64,000 nucleotides of DNA from Gemmatimonadota bacterium (GCA_036679645.1 JAZDCY010000042.1:1-64000); one strand, 5' to 3'. Numbered from the stretch's first letter, positions 28,419 to 39,049 are shown. Notes: generated by a model from the sequence alone, not told the origin. A program made the numbers and translations.

Positions 28419-29159
28419 TCATCCCGTCTCCCGACCTCCCGAGGATGTCCAAAAGTCCGCTTCCCCGGAAACCGCCTCCGCATTCTCGGACCTCAGACGC
28501 AGGAGGAGATCAGCGAAGCGGAAATCCTGCTCCGTGCTGATCTTGATCGCTTTCATTGGGTCGATTGCCCAGAACAGCCGTTGAAGTCCAAAGTACCCGC
28601 TCCCGCTCTTGGCAAACAGGTTTCTGAAAATCTCGGCATTCCAAATTGTGACAGCCCAGTTACACGTTACGACCGGCGGGTTTTCCTGCGATGGCGCCAG
28701 TGGACCGTCAAGATTGATATTGACCGGTCTCCCCTGACAGAACGTCTGTAGGTTAGTCATCGAACAGGAAATCAACGTATCTGCATCAGAATCCTCGTAC
28801 GCATCGAGTGCCGCACAAATATCCACGGGCTCGATCATCGGGCACACCGGACTTATCATGAGCAGCGTATCTGGCTTGAAGTGGTCAATGAAGTCGACCG
28901 TGAACTCCTCACCCGTCGTCTCGTCCGTGCCGAGATAGTCGGGACGACGATATACCTTGCTGCCGAGTTCCGTCGCAAGCGACCCGATCTGCTCCGAGTC
29001 GGTGTTCACATAGACGTCGTTAAGGTCAGTGCACTTCAGCGCGCATTCGACTGCGTAGGCGATCATAGGCTTCCCGGCGAGGTAGCGCAGGTTCTTTGAC
29101 GGCACTCTCTTACTTCCACCTCGGGCCGGGATGTGCGCCACAAGCTTGCCAATCCTCAT
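28419..29159 (-). CDS. Acylneuraminate/ulosonate cytidylyltransferase (NeuA/KdsB family)
   Basis: IPARGGSKRVPSKN and VNTDS motifs. Confidence 0.88.
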   Translation of the reverse strand: MRIGKLVAHIPARGGSKRVPSKNLRYLAGKPMIAYAVECALKCTDLNDVYVNTDSEQIGSLATELGSKVYRRPDYLGTDETTGEEFTVDFIDHFKPDTLLMISPVCPMIEPVDICAALDAYEDSDADTLISCSMTNLQTFCQGRPVNINLDGPLAPSQENPPVVTCNWAVTIWNAEIFRNLFAKSGSGYFGLQRLFWAIDPMKAIKISTEQDFRFADLLLRLRSENAEAVSGEADFWTSSGGRETG

Positions 29160-29222
29160 ATGTATACTCGCTCGCAGAATCCTAAGACGACGGATCGCGC
29201 ATTGCGGACACATCCATCGACC

Positions 29223-30377
29223 TCAACGCCGATCTGAGCACCCGATTCGCGTCTTCCGGAGAAACACGGAGTGTGCATTGGTGACTGTCTGGTCGATCCT
29301 TTCGACGTAGCTCTCAAACGTCGCGATGTGAGAAATACTCATCCGCACTCTCTGTTGATCATATGGTTCCGCGATCATCTCGACCATCCGCCGCTTCAGC
29401 GCCTCGCTGTCTCCCCGCGTAACAAAATCAATGCCTTCTCGACCCCGGTTGACTTCGCGAAGCACGGGTAGGTCGAACGCGAGTACACGCGTTCCACAGT
29501 ACTGTGCCTCAATGGGCGGAATGCCAAAGCCTTCAAACAGGGATGGAAAAACGAGCAACTGCGCCTTCTTAAGGTCGATAAACTTGTCCCTGTCCGACAT
29601 CCTCTCCCGCACTTGCAAGTCCACATCATACTGCGAGCAACGTGCACGTAATAACTTCACGAATCCCGCTGGAATCTCGCCCACTCCGTTCATCAGCTCC
29701 AGAGTGTAGTGCCTCAACGAAGAATTGATCAACTCCAGCACACTCTGACTGTTCTTGTGTGCATCAGTGAATCGCGTCATGACGATGATGCGTTTGTCTT
29801 TGGCAACGTCCCCTACGGCATCACACACGTAACTGTTGATGGCCGGATAGCAATGGTCATACATCAAGTCCTTGTGGAAAGCAGCATAATACTGCTCTGC
29901 ATACTTGCTCCCGAGCTGAGTCAGAGAAAGAATCAAGTGGGCCTCTCGGGCTGCCTTGCCCCAGTAGTGAAAAGCCCGAGGACTCCTCCTTTCACCCAGC
30001 ATCTCCTCAATCCAGTTCGGCGTTTCAAAGCTGAGAATAGCGAGCATTGCACGATGCCTACGCGCTATCCGTCCCGCCCGAGCATAGAAGATCATATCAC
30101 TATTCACCAATCTATTGGGACGGGGATGGGTCACCGTCAGCACCACGTCGAATCTGCATTTGGGGAGTCCGGAAAGCATGAGCCTTCCGGTCACATATTG
30201 CACCCGAGATCGATCCCGTCCGGACGGCAGCGTCTCCCCCGCAAAGACCGGTCGGTGATTCGTAAGATAGACCACACGATGACCCGCTTCTGCGAGTGCC
30301 TCAGACGTAAGCCACGCGTGGTATCTCCCTCCCGAGTATGATACCGGCGAGTTTTTCGCTACGATCAGTATGTTCAC
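29223..30377 (-). CDS. Glycosyltransferase family 4
   Basis: SGGRYH and FPSLFEGFGIPPIEA motifs. Confidence 0.85.
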   Translation of the reverse strand: MNILIVAKNSPVSYSGGRYHAWLTSEALAEAGHRVVYLTNHRPVFAGETLPSGRDRSRVQYVTGRLMLSGLPKCRFDVVLTVTHPRPNRLVNSDMIFYARAGRIARRHRAMLAILSFETPNWIEEMLGERRSPRAFHYWGKAAREAHLILSLTQLGSKYAEQYYAAFHKDLMYDHCYPAINSYVCDAVGDVAKDKRIIVMTRFTDAHKNSQSVLELINSSLRHYTLELMNGVGEIPAGFVKLLRARCSQYDVDLQVRERMSDRDKFIDLKKAQLLVFPSLFEGFGIPPIEAQYCGTRVLAFDLPVLREVNRGREGIDFVTRGDSEALKRRMVEMIAEPYDQQRVRMSISHIATFESYVERIDQTVTNAHSVFLRKTRIGCSDRR

Positions 30378-30433
30378 AGGAGGTGCACCCTATTCTTCTT
30401 TCTTGGGTCGGGTAATGACGGGAGGTGGTCCCC

Positions 30434-31954
30434 TCACGATGCGTGCCCGACAAGCGCCGCCACTCTCGCGCGCACATAGTTCCTGTCTTCAACGTCGATC
30501 ACATTGAGAAACCAGCTCAGCACCCCACTGAGAACAACGCTTGCAATGATGACCGCTAGGACCCCCGCCGCAGAGTTCACGTGGATGAACGCCAACACAA
30601 AGCCGCATTGCAGACCACCGACGAGAACCGGCCTAGGGATCACCTTGGTAACGTAATCGCGATTTCCGTGTAGCAGCACCTTCTTGTTGGTAACGTAAAT
30701 GAAGAGCGGTGCATTCATTGAGCCCACGACCGACAGGAATGCGACTCCGACTAGGCCGTACATGGTGATGGCTGGGTAAATAAATACGGAGACGATAACC
30801 AGATTCGCGAACGAGAACATCGCATTGACCTGAGGTCGCCCGAGTCCGAGATTCACCACCGTCGGTATACTACTCTGAGACCTGATTAAGAAGCCCAGGC
30901 CCAACAACATCATTACTGATGTACCCTGGAGGGCCACTTCCGACCCAACCCAGTGGCGCAATATCGGATCCGCCAGCACGATCAGCGGAGTGAAAGCCGT
31001 TATCGTGAGAAAGAGCACGTACTTCGAAGCCTTCACATACGTGCGTTCCAGTGTTTGCAACTGCTCCGTCGACGACAAGCGACTCGCCTCCGGTACCAAT
31101 ACTTCACAGAGTTTGGACACGAGCGTCGCCAGTCGCGTCATCGGCAACTGTGACACGGCATATACGGCGACAGCGGCCGTCCCGCTCACGACTGCAATCA
31201 CCAGTCTGTCCAAGTGATGTACGATAGTACCAGAGACGCTCGACCCAAAGCTATAGACGCTGAACTTAATGATCGCTGTGAACTGCCTCTTCGAGTATGA
31301 AGGCCGGATTGCCATCCCTCTCATCAGTTTCTTCGAAACGTATGACAGAGCCAACGCGTTGATGAATGACAGAATGACATTGAGCGCCACGATCGCTTCG
31401 ATGCCGAAGCCGTTCCACACAAGGGCGAGGGTAACCATCAGATTCACGATTCCTGATGACACCATTATGACATTCGGCACCTCGTACCGCTGATGCGCCT
31501 GGGGTATTGAGGCGAGAGTCAATCCCAGCGTGGTCGGAACAAATCCCACACTCACAATCTCGAAGGATGTTCTCGCCGTCTGCTGGAGATCAACCGGAAT
31601 CCGAAATACGTCCGTCGCCAACGTGCCGGCGAAGGAATAGATGAACACCGTCCCCGTTACGCCGATAAGCAGACTCAGAAACAACGCCGCGTTGATCGAT
31701 TCCTGTGCGGCGGAGTGGTCGTTTCGCGATATGTATTCGGATACGTATTTTAGCGTGGCTTGATTGATGCCCTGCACTATGGAGAAATACCCAATCATCG
31801 TCAGCACGATCGTGTAGATCCCAAACGCATCCATACCCAGATACCTGATGACGACGGGAATCAGGATGAGATGCAGAAGGACCTGAACGATCCACCCGCC
31901 CGCGTTGATCAACGAACTCCTAAGGAGCCTTCTCTCAGACGCGAGCTTGTTCAA
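30434..31954 (-). CDS. wzx: Wzx-type flippase
   Basis: About 12-14 TM segments; LGMDAFGIY and LDRLVI..VAVYAV motifs. Confidence 0.85.
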   Translation of the reverse strand: MNKLASERRLLRSSLINAGGWIVQVLLHLILIPVVIRYLGMDAFGIYTIVLTMIGYFSIVQGINQATLKYVSEYISRNDHSAAQESINAALFLSLLIGVTGTVFIYSFAGTLATDVFRIPVDLQQTARTSFEIVSVGFVPTTLGLTLASIPQAHQRYEVPNVIMVSSGIVNLMVTLALVWNGFGIEAIVALNVILSFINALALSYVSKKLMRGMAIRPSYSKRQFTAIIKFSVYSFGSSVSGTIVHHLDRLVIAVVSGTAAVAVYAVSQLPMTRLATLVSKLCEVLVPEASRLSSTEQLQTLERTYVKASKYVLFLTITAFTPLIVLADPILRHWVGSEVALQGTSVMMLLGLGFLIRSQSSIPTVVNLGLGRPQVNAMFSFANLVIVSVFIYPAITMYGLVGVAFLSVVGSMNAPLFIYVTNKKVLLHGNRDYVTKVIPRPVLVGGLQCGFVLAFIHVNSAAGVLAVIIASVVLSGVLSWFLNVIDVEDRNYVRARVAALVGHAS

Positions 31955-33347
31955 TTCTCATTGCCGGCTGCATGTTGGGAGCGATTTTTGAAAGGGCGGC
32001 AACGCTCGCCATCAGCATCCAGAAGAGAATCATGATCCTGACATCGCTGAGAATCGCGGGGTTCGTTAACATGTTCACCGCGAATGTAACGTTGGCGGCC
32101 ACAAGGACTCTACAGACCTGCCTGATCCCCTTCGAGGAAGCGCCCCGGAACATTCTGAATGGAATCCCAACGGCTCCATATACGAGCATGAGGAAACCAA
32201 CGAGCCCAACTATGCCGATATTCATGTAGACAGCCAGATAGACGTTCTCGAAGTGAAAATTGAATGGCTTCCACCCTCTGGTTTCGTAAGGGAAGTATCC
32301 CGGAATCGCTTTTGCCGCCTGCGGCCATGCCACGTGATAATCCGAATTCCGGAGCCCCACGCCAACGACGTGATGCTCGGCTTGCTTCCCTGCTTCCCGC
32401 CAGAGGCCGTAGCGAATGTTCAGGTCATACCGCTCGACAATTGCGGCAAAGCGGACGACGAGACTCTGTCCCAAGATGCTCTGCGCCGCGCGCGTACCAA
32501 AAACAGGTAGCACGATCATGGATCCGACCACCGCTGCGGCGGCGAGCAACCGAAGCATCTTCCCCCTTTGGAAGTCGACTCCCCAAAACACAAGCCCCCC
32601 AACAATAGCGGCCAATATCGGGCCTCTTGAGAGCGTTTGCAGAAGCGCCACCACCGCGAGGACGCCGAGCAGCAGAATTACAATGCGCCGCACCGAGGGC
32701 GAGGCGAATGGGACCAGCAGCAGCGTGAAGATCGTTACGGATACGTAGTTGGCAAAATTGAGAGAATTCGCAAACGTACCGATCGTGCGAACCACCGTCC
32801 TTCCGCCGATGGCCGCGGAAGTATTCTGATTCAACTCCATGCCCGTAAACGTGATATTGATACCAAGGACGCCCTGGATTATGCCGATCCCAGACGAGAA
32901 CACGAGGCCTGCGGCTACCAGCACCAGGATCGTTTTCAGTTGGTCGATGTCCTCAATGATGTCGAGGGTCATTCGAAAGAACAGATAGAACCTCAAGAAA
33001 ATCAGAATGCCGTAGACCGATGCAGAAACGCTCGACGCGAACACCGTGGCGATTATTGCCCCTAACAACAGAATCATCAGGGGACCCTTGAAGCACGAAG
33101 GGAAGAGAATGCGCTCGCGGCCGGAGAGCTTCCTGGCGGTCCACAGTAGAAGCAGGGGCAAGAAGAGCCAGTCGAAGACGGCAAGAACTTCCAGCGCCTT
33201 CGTCACCTTCAAGGAAAGTACCGGGAGCAACAGAACAATGCCGTACAACAGTACGCGTTCAATCTTGGGTGCTCGCGACTCCCCCGTTGACTCTACGACC
33301 AAAGCAGAATCGTGTATTCCCTGTACGCGCGGACCCTCTACACTCAC
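31935..33347 (-). CDS. O-antigen polymerase/ligase family (Wzy-like)
   Basis: Multi-TM protein with RTIGTFANSL, TLSRG, GVGL and HFENVYL motifs. Confidence 0.8.
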   Translation of the reverse strand: MSVEGPRVQGIHDSALVVESTGESRAPKIERVLLYGIVLLLPVLSLKVTKALEVLAVFDWLFLPLLLLWTARKLSGRERILFPSCFKGPLMILLLGAIIATVFASSVSASVYGILIFLRFYLFFRMTLDIIEDIDQLKTILVLVAAGLVFSSGIGIIQGVLGINITFTGMELNQNTSAAIGGRTVVRTIGTFANSLNFANYVSVTIFTLLLVPFASPSVRRIVILLLGVLAVVALLQTLSRGPILAAIVGGLVFWGVDFQRGKMLRLLAAAAVVGSMIVLPVFGTRAAQSILGQSLVVRFAAIVERYDLNIRYGLWREAGKQAEHHVVGVGLRNSDYHVAWPQAAKAIPGYFPYETRGWKPFNFHFENVYLAVYMNIGIVGLVGFLMLVYGAVGIPFRMFRGASSKGIRQVCRVLVAANVTFAVNMLTNPAILSDVRIMILFWMLMASVAALSKIAPNMQPAMRIEQARV

Positions 33348-34402
33348 GCGGGTTCGCGTCCCCTTAGTGATGTGAAGATTCGGTTCACGCTTGATCTATG
33401 ATAAGACCAGAGACTGGTTACCGTTCCCGACACCAACATGATGATGATCATGATGATGTAGCGCCGTGGTCCGGTTTTTTCCACCGGCTCCCTGGCTTCC
33501 TCCCTGACGTTCAGGATCCGGGTGTCTTTGTGTTGCTCGATCCGGGCGATCTCATACTGTCGCTCAAGTTCAACGTAAACGGCCTGCTTTAGGGCGACAG
33601 TTCGGGACAGCCTGGACTGTTCCAGCACCAAGTCCGGCGAAGTTGCGATTGACCTGTTTCGCTCCTGGAAGCTCCTAAGCTGTTCCTCGGCATCCGTCAG
33701 AGAATCTTTCACATCAACGAGTCGCCGTTCGATGTACTGCATCGTCTCCCTTGCCAAGTCCCTGGTTTTTTCCACGACATACCGGTTCAAAGAAGCGACG
33801 ATTTCGTTCGCCACATCTGCGGACAGTCTGGACTCTGGCATCCTCACAGTTACCGTTATGATGCCGCTTATCCTGTCCGCGTTGACCCTCATCATCGATC
33901 CGACAAACTTCTCAATGAAATCCAGCATCAACCGTCTATCACGCAAGGCCGGGGGCAGACTCTCGTCGGGCTCCAGTTCGGAGTACTCGATTAGATTGAC
34001 GGGCGCTGCGAATTGTTCCGTTTGATACTTTGTGTAAACCACCGGGCTCAGTACGGATTCGCTAAACAACAAGTTCTGGTAGATCTCCGGCGGAATGCCT
34101 TCGCTCAAGTTGACGCTACCCAGTCCAGACAACGAAGCCAGCCCTGATAACTGCGAGAGTACGCCGGCATTCGATCTCCCGAAGTCGGGAAGTATGACCA
34201 CGGAGCTGTCGAAGTATGGCCGCACCAAGAACAGAAGGACCAAAACGGAGACAGTCGCGACAGTACTGTTGATCAAGAAAAGGCGTCGACGGTTGGCCCA
34301 GAGGTGAACAAGAAACGGACGGTATTTGTAGACCAGGACATCGATCCGTTTCTCAACATTCGCTCGTGCCGATCCGGTCATGGACTCTTTCGATTCATTC
34401 AT
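33344..34402 (-). CDS. wzz: Wzz-type chain-length determinant
   Basis: Two terminal TM segments, a coiled-coil middle, and a P.EKTGPRR motif before the last TM. Confidence 0.82.
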   Translation of the reverse strand: MNESKESMTGSARANVEKRIDVLVYKYRPFLVHLWANRRRLFLINSTVATVSVLVLLFLVRPYFDSSVVILPDFGRSNAGVLSQLSGLASLSGLGSVNLSEGIPPEIYQNLLFSESVLSPVVYTKYQTEQFAAPVNLIEYSELEPDESLPPALRDRRLMLDFIEKFVGSMMRVNADRISGIITVTVRMPESRLSADVANEIVASLNRYVVEKTRDLARETMQYIERRLVDVKDSLTDAEEQLRSFQERNRSIATSPDLVLEQSRLSRTVALKQAVYVELERQYEIARIEQHKDTRILNVREEAREPVEKTGPRRYIIMIIIMLVSGTVTSLWSYHRSSVNRIFTSLRGREPA

Positions 34403-34561
34403 GAAGGAGCCACTCTAGCGGTTGAAGAAGCCTTAGCTGTTTTCGAGACACGGTCCCCCCAGCGTTCCACGCATCCTCCAATGGCGAACGGTGCGCGGTA
34501 GCTTGCGGTTTGAGCGGTAGCCAACGGCGACGTGGGCGGCAACGGTGAACGTCACAGGTAC

Positions 34562-35665
34562 TCAGGCTCTCCGGCGAGGAACGAAGAGGTACTCACCGCC
34601 GAAGGGCCCGATGGCAAGGTGCGTAAACACGGCGTTAGGGATTACTCGGACAGCCTCATCCAGGGGCAGAATCGCCTGGCTCACCGACGACGTCCACTCC
34701 TCGGAAGACGCCAGTGAGACGGCCTCGGGAACCCACTCCCGGAGCGTCGCGCCACCGCCGCTAAGCCCAGTTGGGGCCAGCAGCAGTTCCAGCTCCCGCT
34801 CGGGGGACATGGAGATCAACTGACGAAGTTCCACGCGCGGGAACACTTCCAAGCGGCCCCCGACACCCGCATTGCGGATGTGAACCCCCCGCTGATCGAA
34901 GAACGTCTGCGCTTCCTCGAACTTCGCAAGGGTTTCGTCCATGCGCGGATGATGGTATCGCCGGCCAGCGCCAAAGTACCGCGGGTCGAAGTGGTTCGGA
35001 TCATCATCTCTAGTGGCGGTCCAGTCTCGCGCGTTGAGCTTCGCAGCCCCCTTGTGATCTTGATAGTCCATGTCGACCCCAACCAGATGGATCTCGCGGA
35101 AGCCTAGATGCGCCAACACTTGCAGGCCCACGTTCGCGACGCTCTTGTTGATCCCAGCATACGGCAGGTCGTCGGAAAACGACAAACGGTCTAACCATAG
35201 CCAGTACACGTTGTCGCGCGGCGCAATGAGGGGGCGGAAGTCGATGTTGTAAGGATGCAGGTCCGGGAAGAACGCCATGTCGACCTGGGCCGTGATCTCA
35301 TCGTTCTCACCCACCATATCCTGGAGCACTCGATCATCAATCGTCAAGAAGAATGTTGGCCGCCAGCAGAGCCGGTCGAACATCAGATTGAAGCGATTGA
35401 AGCACATGGTGCACTCGTCCGCGAGCAGGTGCAACGGCGTCCGGTTGAGACTTGGCCCGTTGCCGATCAGGAACGCGCGCCGGCCTTCGTAACGCCCTTT
35501 GATTGCCCGCCATCGCGCCAGAATCGGCCGCCGATCCATGAACATGCGCCGAACGCGAACCGTCAACGCTCGCCTTGCACGATCCAGATACGTGATCGGT
35601 CCCTCTTCGCGCAAGATGTACTTAGACTTGTGCGCGACGGCGGCTATGCCTTGCCGAAACGTCAT
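34562..35665 (-). CDS. DUF115/MptE-like protein (Maf/sialyltransferase-like)
   Basis: IGNGPSL, HLGFREIHLVGVD and DPNHFDPRYFG motifs. Confidence 0.75.
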   Translation of the reverse strand: MTFRQGIAAVAHKSKYILREEGPITYLDRARRALTVRVRRMFMDRRPILARWRAIKGRYEGRRAFLIGNGPSLNRTPLHLLADECTMCFNRFNLMFDRLCWRPTFFLTIDDRVLQDMVGENDEITAQVDMAFFPDLHPYNIDFRPLIAPRDNVYWLWLDRLSFSDDLPYAGINKSVANVGLQVLAHLGFREIHLVGVDMDYQDHKGAAKLNARDWTATRDDDPNHFDPRYFGAGRRYHHPRMDETLAKFEEAQTFFDQRGVHIRNAGVGGRLEVFPRVELRQLISMSPERELELLLAPTGLSGGGATLREWVPEAVSLASSEEWTSSVSQAILPLDEAVRVIPNAVFTHLAIGPFGGEYLFVPRRRA

Positions 35666-35714
35666 TTGAGAAGAACCTCGGCGCTCAACTGAGCAATAAG
35701 AAAGTTGTCGACCT

Positions 35715-36410
35715 CTAGTGTCCTGCCCACTGTCCGCGCCCCTCCGCGGCTAGGCGCTGCTGCATCAGTGCCTCTGCGATCCTCCACTGATACTCTTCGT
35801 CGATGTCCACAGCCTCGATTGGATCGATTGGAAACAGCAGTGGGTGCGCACCGATTCTCCGGCCGTGCTTAGCAAACTCGTCGCGCGAGAACAGATACAG
35901 ACACGAGTTCTCCTCATAGATCGGGGGGAGATCTTGACTGCACAGATCTCGATCCAACTCGTGATTGATCGGTTGACCGGACGACCAGTAGAACCGCGTA
36001 CGAAATGAGTTAACCGTGAACAAGGAATCGTGGTCACCCGGTTCGAAGAACCGCTCGATCACTCGATCCACGGTGGCCGGAGTTAGGAGCGGGTTTGTGC
36101 TGTGGGTCTGTAGAAAGAATTCCCCTTCAACCTGTCCAAGATCCCATGCAATCAACGGGTTCGCTCGAACCGTGCCGCCGAGCAGGTGCTCCGGCCTTCG
36201 CACGTACGTCGCTCCCATCCGCTCGGCCTCCAACCCAATTGCGTCCGAGTCGGAATTGACCACGATCCGGGTGACGTACTGCGAGTCCAAGAGCGTATCC
36301 ATCATCCAATGGAACAACGGCCGGCCACAGAGGGAGCGGACGTTCTTCCCCTTCACGCGCTCCGAGTGCGCCTTTATCGGCATGAGAGCCGTCAGCGGAG
36401 GAATCGTCAC
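35715..36410 (-). CDS. Acylneuraminate/ulosonate cytidylyltransferase family protein
   Basis: PIKAHSERVKGKN, QTHSTNPLL, SQDLP..YEEN and AVDID motifs. Confidence 0.88.
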   Translation of the reverse strand: MTIPPLTALMPIKAHSERVKGKNVRSLCGRPLFHWMMDTLLDSQYVTRIVVNSDSDAIGLEAERMGATYVRRPEHLLGGTVRANPLIAWDLGQVEGEFFLQTHSTNPLLTPATVDRVIERFFEPGDHDSLFTVNSFRTRFYWSSGQPINHELDRDLCSQDLPPIYEENSCLYLFSRDEFAKHGRRIGAHPLLFPIDPIEAVDIDEEYQWRIAEALMQQRLAAEGRGQWAGH

Positions 36411-37198
36411 CGCGCACGCTCAACGATGTCCTTTGCGGCGAAAAGCTCATCGCGCACCTTTTCGGCGAGGAACACCATGTCGTCCCCGTACGCGATGAAT
36501 CGGTACCCCGCCGCAATCCGCGCGGCGAGTTCCTCGCGGTCCGAATGGACCACATGGAACCCGGCCGCCCTGTCCGCAGTGCGTCCAACGTGCTCCACCT
36601 CTCTTAACGCGGCGTCCACGTCTGGATGGGTCCAGTCTCCTGGATGGCCCAACGAGGCCGACAAATCGTACGGGCCCACAATGAAGCCGTCGATCCCCTC
36701 GACCCCAAGGATGGCTTCGAGGGCGTGCACCGCGTCGATATGCTCGATCTGTGCAATAACGACAGTCTCTCGCACCGCCCATTCGCGATACTGCGCAAAC
36801 CCCAGCCCATACTCCTGCGCCCTCGCGAGCCCCGCCCCTCTGATTCCTCGTGGCATGTAATGCGCCCGAGCAACGGCGTCCTCAGCATCCTGCACCGAGT
36901 TCACCATCGGCACTACCACCCCATGCGCACCGGCGTCCAAGGCCTGCTTGATGTACACCGGATCGTTGGCGGCCACCCGCACCAGCGGCACCGGCCCGGT
37001 CCGGTCGATCACCTGCACCAACCCGTGCATCTCCGCCACACCGATCGCAGTGTGCTCCTGATCGACCACCAGCCAGTCGAATCCCGCGCGAGCCATGAGC
37101 TCCGCTATCGGTGGGAATCCAAACGACAGCCACGAGCCAATCGTAAGCTCGTTCGCGGCCAAGCGCGCCTTGAGTCCTACCACAGCCCTGTCAGTCAC
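36407..37198 (-). CDS. HpcH/HpaI (GarL-like) class II pyruvate aldolase
   Basis: DWLVVDQEH, LDAGA.GVVVPMV, QIEH and GPYDLS.SLG motifs. Confidence 0.9.
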   Translation of the reverse strand: MTDRAVVGLKARLAANELTIGSWLSFGFPPIAELMARAGFDWLVVDQEHTAIGVAEMHGLVQVIDRTGPVPLVRVAANDPVYIKQALDAGAHGVVVPMVNSVQDAEDAVARAHYMPRGIRGAGLARAQEYGLGFAQYREWAVRETVVIAQIEHIDAVHALEAILGVEGIDGFIVGPYDLSASLGHPGDWTHPDVDAALREVEHVGRTADRAAGFHVVHSDREELAARIAAGYRFIAYGDDMVFLAEKVRDELFAAKDIVERAR

Positions 37199-38289
37199 GG
37201 CGCCACCGTTTCCGCTCCGGTCGTTGCCCGCTCCTCAAAGTACTCGGCGAGCCATCCGGAGAACTCGTCGTCGAGCGGAAGGAACTGCTTGAACATATCA
37301 CCGAACCCGCGTGTCAAGACGAGGCCCAGCTTGCCGCCATGGTTCTTCTTGTCACGCATCAGAGCATCCTCGAACTGCTTCTGGTCCACCGGTGGGATAT
37401 CGACTCCATCCCATATCCGGGCGAACACGCGCCGCATCCGTTCTCGCACCTCGTCGTCGAGGAGCCCCAGTTTGACCGACACCATGTTGGCGAGGTCCAT
37501 GCCGTACGCGACGGCGATCCCGTGGGGTACACGGTATTCCGTGACCGCTTCGAGCGCGTGACCGAACGAGTGTCCATAGTTGAAGACCTGCCGCTCCCGG
37601 CGATCGAACTCATCGATCTCCACGTACTCGCGCTTGATCGCCAGGCTCCGTTCGATCACGTTGGTTAGCACGGCGCGATCCTCAAATGCCGCGTCTAGAT
37701 CGCGCTCGAAGCCAGCGAACGCATCCTCTCCAGCTATGGGGAAGTAGTGCGCCATCTCCCCGAGCCCCGACCGCAGTTCACGATCTGGAAGGGTCTCGAG
37801 GAAGCCCGTGTCAATGTGAATCTCCTCAGGGGGAAAGAAACCACCCAATTGATTCTTATAGCCTCGGAAGTTGATGGACGTCTTGCTGCCGATGCAGCTA
37901 TCTCCTTGAGCCAGGAGCGTCGTCGGCGCAAAGAGCCACCCCACACCCCGAAACACGAGTGAGCTGACGAACGCGGTCACATCTTGTGTGACCCCTCCAC
38001 CGATGCCCACCAATCGTCCGCCTCGACGGAAACCACTTTCTATCAGCCACTGGAACACCCCCGCCACACCATCGTAACTCTTCAGCTCCTCGTTGGCGGT
38101 GATCGCGATATGCGGGCTTCGTTCGAGGAGACCGCCGAGACGATCAGCATGTGTCTCCTGGATGACCGCGTCAACAACGATGCGGTCTTCGCTCCCAACC
38201 ACGGCTGCAAGGCTCTCACCAACTTCGTCTACGAACCGCACGCGGTAGTCATGGAGCGACGACCGAACGGTGAAATCACGTGCTGACAT
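37195..38289 (-). CDS. AroB-related (3-dehydroquinate synthase family) sugar-phosphate cyclase
   Basis: GGGVTQD, PTTLLAQGDSCIGSKTSIN, KNQLG, NYGHSFGHALE and PHG motifs. Confidence 0.85.
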   Translation of the reverse strand: MSARDFTVRSSLHDYRVRFVDEVGESLAAVVGSEDRIVVDAVIQETHADRLGGLLERSPHIAITANEELKSYDGVAGVFQWLIESGFRRGGRLVGIGGGVTQDVTAFVSSLVFRGVGWLFAPTTLLAQGDSCIGSKTSINFRGYKNQLGGFFPPEEIHIDTGFLETLPDRELRSGLGEMAHYFPIAGEDAFAGFERDLDAAFEDRAVLTNVIERSLAIKREYVEIDEFDRRERQVFNYGHSFGHALEAVTEYRVPHGIAVAYGMDLANMVSVKLGLLDDEVRERMRRVFARIWDGVDIPPVDQKQFEDALMRDKKNHGGKLGLVLTRGFGDMFKQFLPLDDEFSGWLAEYFEERATTGAETVAP

Positions 38290-39049
38290 ATCCACCATCC
38301 ACGGTCACGTTTTGGCCCGTCAAGTAAGTATTGAACCCGCTCCCAAGGAACAGCACGACCCTGGCGATCTCCTGCGGCTCTGCGAACCGACCCATCGGCA
38401 CCAGGGCGGCCAACGCTTCCATCTCAGAGGGGGAAAGTGTCGACGCCGTCAACTCGGTTCGCGTGAATCCAGGCGAGACGGCATTGGCCAGAACGCCCCA
38501 TGGTGCCAACTCCACGGCAGCAGCCTTGGTCATCCCCACTACCGCAAACTTGCTGCTGGTGTACATGGCCCGTCCCGCCTTCGTCACGGTTGCCCAGATC
38601 GACGCGATGTTCACGATTCTACCGTACGCTTGACGTCTCATGATGGGCGCCACCGCTGACATCACCAACATGGGAGCACGCGTATTCACGCTCCAGATCC
38701 AGTCGAATGTCTCCGCATCGATGTCTTCGACTGGCACGATCCGGTTGACCCCGGCGTTGTTCACGCACACATCGATTCGCTCCAGCTCGCCCAGATACCC
38801 GAGAAAGCGAGCCGTAGAATCGGCATCTGAGAAGTCCGCGTGCACGTAGGTGACAGCCGACCGCCCGGTTCTTTCCACCTCTTCGTTCAGGCCGGCAACG
38901 GCTTCGGCTGATCTACCGGTGAGAATCACGCGAGCCGCGCCGGCCAGCTCGAACTCCGTAGCGATGGCCGCCCCGATCCCCCGCGTGCCTCCCGTCACGA
39001 GCACTGTCTGCCCGGCGAAATCGATTGTTGCGGTCATGGCATCATTCAA
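38276..39049 (-). CDS. SDR family oxidoreductase
   Basis: TGGTRGIG, NNAG and YTSSK motifs. Confidence 0.92.
   Translation of the reverse strand: MNDAMTATIDFAGQTVLVTGGTRGIGAAIATEFELAGAARVILTGRSAEAVAGLNEEVERTGRSAVTYVHADFSDADSTARFLGYLGELERIDVCVNNAGVNRIVPVEDIDAETFDWIWSVNTRAPMLVMSAVAPIMRRQAYGRIVNIASIWATVTKAGRAMYTSSKFAVVGMTKAAAVELAPWGVLANAVSPGFTRTELTASTLSPSEMEALAALVPMGRFAEPQEIARVVLFLGSGFNTYLTGQNVTVDGGYVST

Noticed and set aside
34505..34525. ops/JUMPstart-like GCGGTAGC
   Set aside because: Wrong strand relative to the operon and an incomplete match.
37195..38289. Housekeeping aroB of the shikimate pathway
   Set aside because: No aroK/aroC context, divergent motifs, and it is embedded in a sugar-nucleotide operon. 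Gene symbol withheld.
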